From Minisyncoccota bacterium (GTDB taxonomy: Bacteria > Patescibacteriota > Minisyncoccia > Phycocordibacterales > UBA2100): 64,000 nt of DNA. The stretch lies in NCBI GenBank assembly GCA_036517195.1, contig DATDXU010000005.1, positions 4,975 through 68,974 of the forward strand, given 5' to 3'. The notes beneath the pieces are model-generated. The model ran no database searches and was not told the DNA's origin. It saw only the letters and a list, made by a program, of their open reading frames with translations. Below, in pieces: positions 29,080 through 38,644 of this stretch (positions are counted from its first letter, which is position 1; every line of letters starts with the position of its first letter). The position numbers and the translations under genes are program-made.

Positions 29080-30726
29080 ATGTCAGCAAAAAAAGTAATC
29101 TTTGACCAAGAGGCGCGCGGTGCCTTGAAGCGCGGTATTGATATTGTGGCGGGCGCCGTCAGAATCACACTTGGGCCCCGAGGAAGAAACGTCGCGCTCG
29201 ATCGCGCGTGGGGTTCTCCTGTCATTACGAATGACGGCGTTTCGATTGCAAAAGAAATCACACTTAAAGATAAGTTTGAAAACATGGGCGCCTCGATTGC
29301 AAAAGAGGTTGCCACAAAAACGAATGACAAGGTGGGGGATGGTACTACAACCGCAGTTGTATTGATGCAGGCAATTGTGCATGAGGGGCTAAAGCGCACA
29401 GCGCTTGGCGCAAACGCCATGCGCGTGCGCAAGGGCATTGAGGCGGCGGCGAAAGATGCCGTTGATGAGCTTCGAAAAATTTCCCGCGACGTGAAGGGCA
29501 AGAGTGACATACGCCAAGTTGCGACCATTGCCGCTGAATCAGAAGATTTGGGTCGTACGATTGCGGACACGGTGGAAAAAGTCGGCAAGGACGGAGTCGT
29601 GACCGTTGAGGAATCGCAGTCAATTGGCATTGAGTCCGATTTTGTGGAAGGTATGGAATTTGATAAGGGATATGTGAGTCCGTATATGGTGACTAACGCG
29701 GAACGCATGGAAGCTGAAATGAAAGATGCATCTGTTCTTATTACCGACAGAAAAATATCGATCATTAAAGACATCCTTCCGCTTCTTGAAAAAATGGCAG
29801 CTGTCGGAAAGAAAGATTTGTGCATTATTGCGGACGATGTGGATGGTGAGGCGCTCGCGACATTTGTTGTCAACAAATTACGCGGCACATTCTTTGTGCT
29901 TGCGGTGAAGGCGCCCGGGTATGGCGACCGCAAGAAAGAAATGCTCGCGGATATTGCGGCGACCGTCGGTGCTTCTGTCGTGTCCGAGGACATGGGGGTG
30001 AAGCTTGAAAAAGCCGATCTGTCCGTGTTGGGCCGCGCACAGCGTATTGTTGCCGGAAAAGATTCCACGGTCATTGTTGGCGGGAAGGGCAAGAAAGCGG
30101 ATATTGATGCGCGCATTTCACAATTGCGAAAACAAATTGAAAACACTGATTCAAAATTCGACAAAGAAAAACTTGAAGAGCGGGTCGCGAAACTTTCTGG
30201 CGGCGTTGCGGTGATTCGTGTTGGGGCGGCGACGGAAACAGAAATGAAATATCTGAAAGATAAAGTGGAGGATGCTGTGAACGCCACAAAGGCGGCGCTT
30301 GCCGAGGGTATCGTGCCTGGAGGGGGCGCGGCACTTGCCAAAGTTGCGGACAAACTTGCCAAAAGGGTAGACGAAAAAGCGCACGACGAATTTACTATCG
30401 GCTACAGGATTCTTGTGTCTGCATTGTCCGCGCCGCTTCTTCAGATTGCCCACAACGCGGGTAGGGAAGACGGGCCGGTGATTCTGCGTGACGTTGTTTC
30501 AAAAGGAAGTGGATGGGGGTTTGATGCGGCTGGCGAAGGGGTGGACGCTCATATAGTAGACATGTATGAAGCGGGTATCATTGACCCTGTGAAAGTTACC
30601 CGAAGCTGTGTTGAGCATGCGGCATCTGCGGCGGCAGTTCTGCTTACGACAGAGGCGGCAGTTGCGGAAGAGCCGGAAGAAAAAAAGCCGGCACTTCCAA
30701 TGCAGGGAGGGGAAGACATGATGTAA
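29080..30726 (+). CDS. groEL: chaperonin GroEL
   Basis: TLGPRGRNV, GDGTTTA, EGMEFDKGY.SPY, ERVAKLSGGVAV. Confidence 0.98.
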   Translation: MSAKKVIFDQEARGALKRGIDIVAGAVRITLGPRGRNVALDRAWGSPVITNDGVSIAKEITLKDKFENMGASIAKEVATKTNDKVGDGTTTAVVLMQAIVHEGLKRTALGANAMRVRKGIEAAAKDAVDELRKISRDVKGKSDIRQVATIAAESEDLGRTIADTVEKVGKDGVVTVEESQSIGIESDFVEGMEFDKGYVSPYMVTNAERMEAEMKDASVLITDRKISIIKDILPLLEKMAAVGKKDLCIIADDVDGEALATFVVNKLRGTFFVLAVKAPGYGDRKKEMLADIAATVGASVVSEDMGVKLEKADLSVLGRAQRIVAGKDSTVIVGGKGKKADIDARISQLRKQIENTDSKFDKEKLEERVAKLSGGVAVIRVGAATETEMKYLKDKVEDAVNATKAALAEGIVPGGGAALAKVADKLAKRVDEKAHDEFTIGYRILVSALSAPLLQIAHNAGREDGPVILRDVVSKGSGWGFDAAGEGVDAHIVDMYEAGIIDPVKVTRSCVEHAASAAAVLLTTEAAVAEEPEEKKPALPMQGGEDMM

Positions 30727-30739
30727 ATAAGGGGTGATG

Positions 30740-30874
30740 AAAAATGAAGCACCACGGGCGAGTCCGTGGTGTTTTAGAGTTTACAGCAAAACCTAAATAC
30801 TTGTCCGTGGTGCGGAATCCCGCACCGAGGACCAGTTCATTTGTGTGTACACTGGTGGTCCTCTGGTGCGTGGA
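30740..30874 (-). repeat. double-hairpin element, copy 2
   Basis: reverse complement reads TCCACGCACCAGAGGACC..GGTCCTCGGTGCGGGATTCCGCACCACGGACAAG..CGTGGTGCTTCATTTTT. Confidence 0.9.
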
Positions 30875-30933
30875 AGAAGGCCGCCCTGTGAGATAGCGAG
30901 CTTTGTGAGCTCAATCTCATAGGACGGTTTTCG

Positions 30934-31380
30934 TTAGCATCCGCCGAACAGGAGGTCTTTCTCATGTTCCTCTGTTCCGAGTTCGTGCGTGGCGTCTTCT
31001 ATGAGTGGAATGCCAAGATTCGGATCCTCGGCGAGCCCTCCTAAAATTTGGTCATACATTGCGAGTCCGCCAGGTTCCTGAGCACGTATTTCTTTTGCGT
31101 GGAAGGCCACTTGTTCCAGCCACTCCAGTGGCGTTACAGAACCGTCGTCTCTTCCGATCCGCACACTTCGCATATCGGATTCCATGGCGTCCATGTCAGC
31201 AGGCGTCAATATGCGCTTGTCCCAGAATTGTGGCGGTACCACATCGTCCGACGGGATTACATTTGGTTCAATACCGAGATCTCGTAGACTTTCCAGTCGG
31301 CGAACAAGGTCACCTGCGCCCGGCATATTCAATTCGGCAAACTTCGCTCGAAGTGCCACCGTGTCTACAACATGAGTCAA
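30934..31380 (-). CDS. acidic hypothetical protein ending in GGC
   Basis: 148-aa ORF; GGAG SD before TTG; downstream hairpin at ~30882-30926. Confidence 0.6.
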   Translation of the reverse strand: MTHVVDTVALRAKFAELNMPGAGDLVRRLESLRDLGIEPNVIPSDDVVPPQFWDKRILTPADMDAMESDMRSVRIGRDDGSVTPLEWLEQVAFHAKEIRAQEPGGLAMYDQILGGLAEDPNLGIPLIEDATHELGTEEHEKDLLFGGC

Positions 31381-31489
31381 TGGCGTTCTCCAGTAGTTGT
31401 TGGGTTCCTACCTCATTTATAACACGGAAATTTTCTTTTGCAAATACCGTAGACGAAACACAAGAATATGTGCTATACTCACTTTCATT

Positions 31490-32050
31490 ATGACTATTCT
31501 ATACAGTATTCTTGGGGTTTTGGTTTTTGCGTTTTTGTGGGCGGTGTGGGCGTACAACCGCTTTGTTACTTTGACGAACCGTGGAGAGGAAGCATGGTCT
31601 GATATTGATGTGCAGTTGAAACGCAGATATGACTTGATTCCGAACCTGATTGCGACCGTTAAGGGATACATGCAACACGAACAGGGGACATTTCAAAAGG
31701 TGACGGAGGCGAGAGTGAAGGCGATGGGTGCCTCGACTGTGGGTGAGCACACGCAAGCAGAAAATATGTTGACGGGTGCTCTGAAGTCACTTTTTGCGGT
31801 TGCGGAAAGTTATCCAGACCTAAAAGCAAACACAAATTTTATAGAGCTTCAGAGGGAACTGTCGGATACTGAAAACAAAATACAAGCCGCGCGCAGGTTC
31901 TATAACTCTGTTGTACAGGACTTACAAAATGCGCTGGAACAATTCCCATCCAATCTCATAGGAAACATATGTAAGTTCACATCGAGAGAATTTTTTCAAC
32001 TTGGAGAGGGTGAGGTGGCCGCAAAAGAACCAGTTGCAGTCAAGTTTTAA
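31490..32050 (+). CDS. lemA: LemA family protein
   Basis: YN......EAWSDIDVQLKRRYDLIPNL, AVAE.YPDLKA..NF..LQ.EL..TENKI..ARRFYN. Confidence 0.95.
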   Translation: MTILYSILGVLVFAFLWAVWAYNRFVTLTNRGEEAWSDIDVQLKRRYDLIPNLIATVKGYMQHEQGTFQKVTEARVKAMGASTVGEHTQAENMLTGALKSLFAVAESYPDLKANTNFIELQRELSDTENKIQAARRFYNSVVQDLQNALEQFPSNLIGNICKFTSREFFQLGEGEVAAKEPVAVKF

Positions 32051-32054
32051 TTGT

Positions 32055-32972
32055 GTGGAGAAGAATAGAGACGTATTAGGAAGAGAAAACAAAAAGACGG
32101 GTATTTCTCGTCGCACACTTCTCATAGGAGTTTCTGCTGTGGCGGGAGCGACTCTCGGTGGCGTTATCGCACATAGGGCGTTTTCGCCAAAGGAAACCAA
32201 GACCGATTTTCCAAAAAAAACTCCGACGCTCAGTCCAGAGAAAATTCCTACGAGCATTGATCGGGTACATGCAGAGATAGAACATGCGCGCATCCTCCTG
32301 TCTTCAAAAGACCCACTCGATGTTCTCAAAAGCACACATCTTGTGTCTGCCCTGTATTATTCCGACAGATTCCTTGCGTCTATTTTAAAATCAAGTGATA
32401 CGCCTGATGAATCACATGAAATCGTGCGCGGCATTGTCCCCCATATCACCACAGATGTTCGGCGGCGCTATGTGGAAGCTCTTTCAAAAGAGGCGTATAG
32501 AGCATTTGGCGAGCGATCCGAAGAGAAGCGCTCGCTCCCATTTCCGAAGTTAGATTTTGGACGAGGGGACAATCATCCTGATGCAGTGGATATTTTTGCG
32601 CGAGAGGGAACTAAAATCGCCTCTGTTCGAAGGGGTGTCGTTGTTTTGGCGGAATCCGGTTGGACCGAAAAGAATCCGTATCTTGGAACTTCTCCAAGGG
32701 GTGGAAACACAGCTATCGTTTTTAATCAGGATTCCAAACAGTTTTATCGGTATGCTCATCTCGATAGGGTTTCTATACGTACCGGAGAGGTGATAGGGGC
32801 GGGGCATTCCATAGGAACCGTTGGGAGAACTGGCATCAACGCTTTTCAAAATCGTAGCGCCAGTCATGTGCATCTGGAAATTAATGCATATACTCCAGCA
32901 ACACAGGGTATGAGATCGCTCTCGTCTCATGAAGTTAAACAAGAGATTCAAAAAATTAATTCAAATTCGTAA
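32055..32972 (+). CDS. M23 family metallopeptidase with SRRTLL-containing N-terminus
   Basis: H..AVD, GGN, YAHL, IG.VG.TG, HVHLE; start codon uncertain. Confidence 0.8.
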   Translation: MEKNRDVLGRENKKTGISRRTLLIGVSAVAGATLGGVIAHRAFSPKETKTDFPKKTPTLSPEKIPTSIDRVHAEIEHARILLSSKDPLDVLKSTHLVSALYYSDRFLASILKSSDTPDESHEIVRGIVPHITTDVRRRYVEALSKEAYRAFGERSEEKRSLPFPKLDFGRGDNHPDAVDIFAREGTKIASVRRGVVVLAESGWTEKNPYLGTSPRGGNTAIVFNQDSKQFYRYAHLDRVSIRTGEVIGAGHSIGTVGRTGINAFQNRSASHVHLEINAYTPATQGMRSLSSHEVKQEIQKINSNS

Positions 32973-32982
32973 TTGTATGAAT

Positions 32983-33100
32983 CCCGTTAGAAGTCGCGGA
33001 CGCATGCGAGAGGGGGTGTATACACATAAGTTTTGTGTTATACACTAATCGAGTGGGGGTGTGGAAATTTAAGTTTTTCCGCGTCCTACTTCTAAACGGG
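32983..33100 (+). mobile_element. MITE-like hairpin element with ATGAAT target duplication at the htpX start
   Basis: CCCGTTAGAAGT...ACTTCTAAACGGG ends; ATGAAT on both sides; homolog at 44836-44950. Confidence 0.8.
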
Positions 33101-33988
33101 ATGAATATCTACAATGAACGGGGCAAGAATATTAGGAGAACATGGTTGCTCATGGTTGGATTTTTGGTGTTCATTATAGGGCTTGGATATTTTATTTCGT
33201 GGTATATGGGAGAGTCGTGGATTCTCTATATGGCCGTCATTTTTTCTTTCGGTATGAACATCACCGCGTATTGGTTTTCAGACAAAATCGCGCTTTCCGC
33301 AACGAGAGCACATGAGGCGGACGGGGTGAAGTATCTAGAGCTCCACCGCACAGTAGAAAATCTCGCAATTACCGCCGGACTTCCAAAGCCGAGGGTGTAT
33401 GTCATAGAGGACTCGGCGCCAAACGCATTCGCCGCTGGCCGTGATGCGAAGCATGCCGTTGTTGCGGTGACTACGGGACTCCTTGCGCGGCTTGAGAAAA
33501 GCGAACTTGAAGGAGTGATCGCGCACGAACTCTCGCATATCGGAAACAGGGATATTCTCGTTATGACCGTCGCCGTGGTACTTGCCGGATTCGTGGCGAT
33601 TATTGCAGACATATTTCTTCGCATGAGTTTTCATGGGGGAGGTGACAGGGAGATGAGGAATCCTGTCGTCCTCATTGCGGGGATTGTTGCAATTCTTTTG
33701 GCGCCATTTGCGGCAAAGCTGATTCAGCTTTCTATTTCACGCAAGCGAGAATTTCTTGCGGACGCGTCTGGCGCTCTTCTTACGCGGTATCCAGACGGGC
33801 TTGCGTCCGCTCTCAAGAAAATTGCTTCATACGAGGCACCCATGCGACACGCAAATCATGCAACGGCGCATCTATTCATTTCTAATCCGTTTGGCGCGCA
33901 TGAGGCGGGGCCCTTTTTTGCAAAATTATTCTCTACGCATCCACCTGTTGAAGAAAGAATTACAGCGCTCACGGGGATGCGGATGTAG
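33101..33988 (+). CDS. htpX: zinc metalloprotease HtpX
   Basis: PNAFA.G, EGVIAHELSH, SRKREFLAD, FSTHPP...RI. Confidence 0.95.
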   Translation: MNIYNERGKNIRRTWLLMVGFLVFIIGLGYFISWYMGESWILYMAVIFSFGMNITAYWFSDKIALSATRAHEADGVKYLELHRTVENLAITAGLPKPRVYVIEDSAPNAFAAGRDAKHAVVAVTTGLLARLEKSELEGVIAHELSHIGNRDILVMTVAVVLAGFVAIIADIFLRMSFHGGGDREMRNPVVLIAGIVAILLAPFAAKLIQLSISRKREFLADASGALLTRYPDGLASALKKIASYEAPMRHANHATAHLFISNPFGAHEAGPFFAKLFSTHPPVEERITALTGMRM

Positions 33989-34016
33989 AGAAGTGCATGG
34001 TATAACAAGTCGATCT

Positions 34017-34104
34017 GGAGGGTTCGCATAGCGGTCTAGTGCGCACGCTTGGAAAGCGTGTGTGCCGAAAGGCACCGAGAGTTCGAATCTCTCACCCTCC
34101 GCCA
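34017..34104 (+). tRNA. tRNA-Ser(GGA)
   Basis: cloverleaf with long variable arm; CACGC-TTGGAAA-GCGTG; encoded CCA. Confidence 0.95.
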
Positions 34105-34143
34105 GTGGAATAAGGCAAGAATAAGGTGTCAGGAACCTTTTCC

Positions 34144-34464
34144 CTATACGATTTTCAGTATATGAAGCAGAAAAAATCCAGCAATACTGCACACAGATAC
34201 AATAACAACGATTGCTTCGATTATGATACTTGTGGAAAGCTGTAACGCATCACGTTTCAATCGGAATGTTATGCCAACGATGGGGAATAATCCGAGTGCC
34301 AAAACACTTTTACCAAGCCAGTGGTGATAGAATGTTTCTTTGAGCCAACTTTTAAGAGCGGGAATTTCTTCTGCACTGATAATGAGTACGGCGAGCATAA
34401 TTGATGTGCTGGCTGTCGCAAGCGCGACTGAACGGACCCATGGCGCAAGTTTTTCGTACATCAT
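34144..34464 (-). CDS. small membrane protein (HHW.GK motif)
   Basis: 3 TMs; ATGA overlap with upstream gene. Confidence 0.75.
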   Translation of the reverse strand: MMYEKLAPWVRSVALATASTSIMLAVLIISAEEIPALKSWLKETFYHHWLGKSVLALGLFPIVGITFRLKRDALQLSTSIIIEAIVVIVSVCSIAGFFLLHILKIV

Positions 34465-34907
34465 ATAGAGCCGGAAACAAGAATACCTGACGCTGCCACC
34501 GTTATACCGATTGTGAGTGCGATGAATGTTAAAAATGCCGTGCTTTTTCGGAGTCTGCCATCTGCGTTCGCGCGCAGGTATGTTGTAGCGAGCGCAATTG
34601 AGATGGCCACGAACGGCAGTAAAAGAAAAATGTGCTCCTTCGTCTCCATAAAAAACGTATGCGCGACAGGCGTAGCGCCCGCAAGAATGCGTGGTTTAAC
34701 CGCGGAGCCGTAATAAGTAACGTAATAGTAAGCTGAAGTGGTCCACGAGAGAAAGAACAGTGCTACGGCCGACCACGCAACGCGCGACACGAACACGTAA
34801 TTCGGAGCCTTCTTGAGAAGGTGCATAAGGACGACATTGTGCATGCCTATCGCAACAACGCCGCTCAAGACATGGATGATAAGTAGAGCGGCGAGAGTTG
34901 TTGTCAT
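34461..34907 (-). CDS. 4-TM membrane protein with His residues in or next to helices
   Basis: IHVLSG, AH.FFMETKEH; ATGA overlaps. Confidence 0.8.
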   Translation of the reverse strand: MTTTLAALLIIHVLSGVVAIGMHNVVLMHLLKKAPNYVFVSRVAWSAVALFFLSWTTSAYYYVTYYGSAVKPRILAGATPVAHTFFMETKEHIFLLLPFVAISIALATTYLRANADGRLRKSTAFLTFIALTIGITVAASGILVSGSI

Positions 34908-35407
34908 ATCTTTTTTGGCGCGTGTATGCGGGCGCGGATGAATCGCAAAGAGAAGCCGACAAGTACAATAGCAATCACATAGTATACGAGTATTTCAACA
35001 TAGGTGGCACTGGTTGTACCAATGATGCCCAGAATGAGCGCGACGTACCATGATGTGAGCGACACTGCAGCTCCAATCGCAAACGGTAGTATGCGTGTCT
35101 GTAGAAGAAGTGCGTTTCCAACAAGAACCGCAACGACAGTCATTTTAGCCCAAAATGAAGGGCTGGTGAGAGTTTCCACATGTTCCGTAAGGCGGAAATA
35201 GAGCAAAAATGAAAAGCCAGAAATGACGAGGAGAAAGAGTCCCGTCCGCATGACAGTGTAGGTTATTGAGAGTACTTTTCGCTCATCATCGTTGACGATG
35301 TCGTCGCTGTTGAAGCGCGTGTAATATATTTCGGCGAATGTCGCCGCGCCGACGCCAAGGACAGTTCCAACGATATGCATGATTACTAGAAGCTCGTAGA
35401 AAGTCAT
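34904..35407 (-). CDS. membrane protein
   Basis: MHIVG..LGVG, LLVISG, FWAKM; about 5 TMs. Confidence 0.78.
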   Translation of the reverse strand: MTFYELLVIMHIVGTVLGVGAATFAEIYYTRFNSDDIVNDDERKVLSITYTVMRTGLFLLVISGFSFLLYFRLTEHVETLTSPSFWAKMTVVAVLVGNALLLQTRILPFAIGAAVSLTSWYVALILGIIGTTSATYVEILVYYVIAIVLVGFSLRFIRARIHAPKKI

Positions 35408-35988
35408 ATGCCTTGGATTCCCAGTTCTCGTACCTGCGCTACCCACGCGTCATGTTGTGCCGTGTCTGGATGTTCGCACGGCCCCATTGTTGTTACGTGT
35501 ACTTTCATACCAGAAAATCCGAGTATGCCGCGTGATATCTCATTCGTATAGTCGCCATATTTCAATCGAGTCATGAAGGGACTGTGTGCGCCATCAACGA
35601 TAATGACGCGCGCCGTTTTTCCTTTCAACAGTTCTATGACAGCGTGAGTTTTTTTATCAAATGAAAAAGCAAAACCGGGGAGCCACATGCGATCAAACAT
35701 GCCCTTTAGAAGTGCGGGCATACTCGTCCACCAGTTAGGGTATAGAATCACCACATGGTCTGCAGAACGTATATTCTCCTGCACAGCGAGAAGGTCTGGC
35801 TCTAGGGGTTGGATTTCGTTGTATCCCTTGTGTAAGATCGGGTCGAATCGCAATTCGCTGAGGTTAAGGCGTTTGACGGTGTGAAGCGCGGCACGAGCCG
35901 CGGTTTCATATGCATCCGCAAGTTCCGCGGTGAATCCTTGGAGGTAAGAATGTCCGACCAGTATAAAAATTTTACGACTCGATGTCAC
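35404..35988 (-). CDS. NAD(P)H-dependent oxidoreductase (flavodoxin-like fold)
   Basis: GHS, ADHVV..YPNWW.SMPALLKG.FDR...PGFAF, LLKGK.A. Confidence 0.9.
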   Translation of the reverse strand: MTSSRKIFILVGHSYLQGFTAELADAYETAARAALHTVKRLNLSELRFDPILHKGYNEIQPLEPDLLAVQENIRSADHVVILYPNWWTSMPALLKGMFDRMWLPGFAFSFDKKTHAVIELLKGKTARVIIVDGAHSPFMTRLKYGDYTNEISRGILGFSGMKVHVTTMGPCEHPDTAQHDAWVAQVRELGIQGI

Positions 35989-36062
35989 AAGAACAGTATA
36001 CTATACAATTTTGCGATTGATTTTCAAAAACATTTCCACGGAGGTGATACAATTTGTTGTCT

Positions 36063-36986
36063 ATGAAAAAAGAAACCGCCACGCATCTCACGACAAAAAA
36101 AGCACGCGCTGTTTCCGTCACTATTATTCCCATTCCATTTGGGGATGGCGTTGGGGAGACGGGGGGGGCGGTGGATACCCCGAAGTATCTTTTGAGACGC
36201 GGGTTTGCGCGCGAGTTCGCACGCGCTGGGTTTTCGGTAAAACAATGCCCAGCCATTACGACACAAAAAATGTCTCCCATGACATTGTCGGCGCGGGGGG
36301 CAGTGGCGCGCGAATTAAAGCTCGGCAGAAAGTGCGTTGCCCTTGGCGGTACGCACACCATCTCTCTTGGCACCATAGGTGGAGCGCTCGAAGTGTTTGG
36401 GGATGACCTTGGATTGATTTGGGTAGACGCACATGGGGACTTAAATACGCACGCGATTTCACTTACGAAAGATATGCGGGGAATGGTGTTTGCCTCGCTT
36501 CTTGGTTTGGACAAAAAAATTTCACATGCCCTTGTTCCGCGAAAACTCAACAAAAAGAACGCGCTTCACATCGGACTGAAGGATGCGGATGAGGCAGAAA
36601 TACAACTCATACAAAAAAACTCGCTTAGTGTGGTGACAATGGGGGATATGGTGACGCATGGAATGTCGTATGCCACTTCGCACGTCAAGCGTCTTGTCGG
36701 GCACACGAAATATCTGTGGGTAAGTATCGATGTGGACGCGATAGAAAAAAACGATGCGCCTGCGTCCGCCATGGCAAGCCATGGCGGGCTTACCTATCGG
36801 GAAATTGCGCACTTAGCAAAATACATCGGAGACTCGGGTAATGTTGTTGGCGTTGATATCGCAGAGATGACACCCAATAAAGATGTGCGAGGGAAAACAG
36901 CGGGTGTGTGCCTCGAGATCGCGTCCTCTCTTCTCGGCGCTCCGTCGAATTGGTATACGCGATACATGGATACGTACACAAAGTAG
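36063..36986 (+). CDS. arginase/ureohydrolase family protein
   Basis: LGG.H, WVDAHGD.N, SIDVD, GGLTYRE. Confidence 0.88.
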   Translation: MKKETATHLTTKKARAVSVTIIPIPFGDGVGETGGAVDTPKYLLRRGFAREFARAGFSVKQCPAITTQKMSPMTLSARGAVARELKLGRKCVALGGTHTISLGTIGGALEVFGDDLGLIWVDAHGDLNTHAISLTKDMRGMVFASLLGLDKKISHALVPRKLNKKNALHIGLKDADEAEIQLIQKNSLSVVTMGDMVTHGMSYATSHVKRLVGHTKYLWVSIDVDAIEKNDAPASAMASHGGLTYREIAHLAKYIGDSGNVVGVDIAEMTPNKDVRGKTAGVCLEIASSLLGAPSNWYTRYMDTYTK

Positions 36987-37050
36987 TCGAGTGCCTGGTT
37001 TTCCCACGCGACAGGATTGCACGCCACGCTGTTACTTGTATTATTGAAGT

Positions 37051-37380
37051 ATGCGTTTCGTGGCTACACTCGTCGTTCTTTTTGCGCTTACTCCATCATT
37101 CACATGGGCAGAAATGTGTATAGAAAATGTTCCCGTATGTGGATTTAGGGAACTGTGTGTAGAAAATGTGTGCGAATTTTATCAGACATACGATAACACA
37201 TGCGACATGGAGGCGGATGGCGCAGAGCTCATGCACAGTGGCGCTTGTGAAAGTGGCGGCGGGTATGCGCTCTCAAGATTTTTATCTGATACGCGTCCGC
37301 TATTTCCGCGCGGTTTTTGGTCGTACGATTTTACCGCATTCATTACGGCGATAGCGTCTCGCCTGTTCTCATGGATATGA
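37051..37380 (+). CDS. secreted protein with Kazal-like domain
   Basis: signal peptide; C....PVCG......TY.N.C........H.G.C. Confidence 0.65.
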   Translation: MRFVATLVVLFALTPSFTWAEMCIENVPVCGFRELCVENVCEFYQTYDNTCDMEADGAELMHSGACESGGGYALSRFLSDTRPLFPRGFWSYDFTAFITAIASRLFSWI

Positions 37381-37784
37381 TTGATGTTTTTTTTGTTGTT
37401 AAAATTCTTGTCGCGAGTGTCGCGAACATGTGTATCGGATTTGCGTGGTATCACCCGCGCGTATTCGGGGCGTCCTGGATGCGAATGGCCGGAGTAACGC
37501 CGGAGATGGTGGAGCGGGGGAAGCGTCGCGTGCCGTATGCGCTTGCCGGAGGGCTTGTCGCGGGAATGGTCATGGCGTATGTGCTCAGCTATTTTGGCGG
37601 CGCGCTTGGCGTTATTACAATGGCGGATGCCGTGATGCTTAGCGTGTGGGTATGGATTGGGTTTGTAGCTCCCGTGTTACTCGGGGCTGTGCTGTGGGAA
37701 CAAAAATCGATGTATCTATATCTCATCAACGCGCTGTATTGGTTAGTGGCAATTATTGTTATGGCGTTCGTACTCTTCTTTTAA
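37377..37784 (+). CDS. DUF1761 family membrane protein
   Basis: G..WY.P.VFG..WM...G; W.GF..P; WE......LIN..Y. Confidence 0.85.
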   Translation: MIDVFFVVKILVASVANMCIGFAWYHPRVFGASWMRMAGVTPEMVERGKRRVPYALAGGLVAGMVMAYVLSYFGGALGVITMADAVMLSVWVWIGFVAPVLLGAVLWEQKSMYLYLINALYWLVAIIVMAFVLFF

Positions 37785-37790
37785 TTTTTC

Positions 37791-38255
37791 ATGCGTCGTT
37801 CGTGGACTAGGGTAGCGCTGATTGTAGGAATTGTGTTTCTTATTTCCTACGCGGTTGCGGGCAATTTTTCAGTATTTTTGTTCGGAGAGTGGTGGCGCAC
37901 GAAAACAACACTCACGCTTGGTGGAGAACACATTGTCGCAGAAGTACGGGATACTCCACGAGCGCGCGAGCGCGGGCTTTCTCTACGCGACAGTTTAGAA
38001 GAGGATACAGGAATGTTGTTTGTGTTTCCAAATGACGCTCGTCATTCATTTTGGATGAAGGACATGAAGTTTCCAATCGATATTGTGTGGATTTCAAAAG
38101 AGGGAAAGGTGGTTGATATTCAACATGAGGTTGCGCCGGAAACATATCCTGAATATTCATTTGCTCCGCAAGATATCGCGCGGTATGTGCTTGAACTGAG
38201 GGCGGGGTGGGCGAAGGAGCACGACGTTTCCGTTGGGGGTGTGGTGGAATTTTAA
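37791..38255 (+). CDS. DUF192 family protein
   Basis: R.RGLS.R......GMLFVF......FWMKDM.FPIDI.W; YVLEL.AG. Confidence 0.9.
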   Translation: MRRSWTRVALIVGIVFLISYAVAGNFSVFLFGEWWRTKTTLTLGGEHIVAEVRDTPRARERGLSLRDSLEEDTGMLFVFPNDARHSFWMKDMKFPIDIVWISKEGKVVDIQHEVAPETYPEYSFAPQDIARYVLELRAGWAKEHDVSVGGVVEF

Positions 38256-38278
38256 TGTATGTGTGGTATAATGTAAGT

Positions 38279-38644
38279 CTGCGCCGGGCAATTGATGGAT
38301 GTTGAAAAATGTCTATAGGAAAGTCCGGACATGTGTCCCGCCTTGGCGGGACAGCAGGGTAGCGGGTAACACCCGTCGTGCGCAAGCATAGGGATGCGAG
38401 CAGAAACGGTGCGAAGCGAGAGCTGAGTACCGCCCCTTGAAATCCTACATAAGTATTTCACTGGGGCGAATCCGATAGGTAACTATTGGAATGAAACGGC
38501 AAAATTCCTACCTACATGCAAGGTCGTGCTCGTCAACACCACGCGTGGTGGCGAGAGTGCCGCTTGAGGTTGTCGGTAACGACAATCCCAGATAAATGGT
38601 TGCCTCCCGCGATTGCGGGAACAGAATCCGGCTTACAGGCGCAG
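38279..38644 (+). ncRNA. rnpB: RNase P RNA
   Basis: GGAAAGTCCGG (P4 5'), CAGAAACG, TGAAACGG, GCCGCTTGAG..AGATAAATG, ACAGAATCCGGCTTA (P4 3'); P1 CTGCGCC/GGCGCAG. Confidence 0.92.

Noticed and set aside
29064-30362. 432-aa ORF antisense to groEL (and similar shadow ORFs over glmS, lepA, valS, ftsZ)
   Set aside because: Mirror-frame artefact of a conserved gene; no independent motifs.
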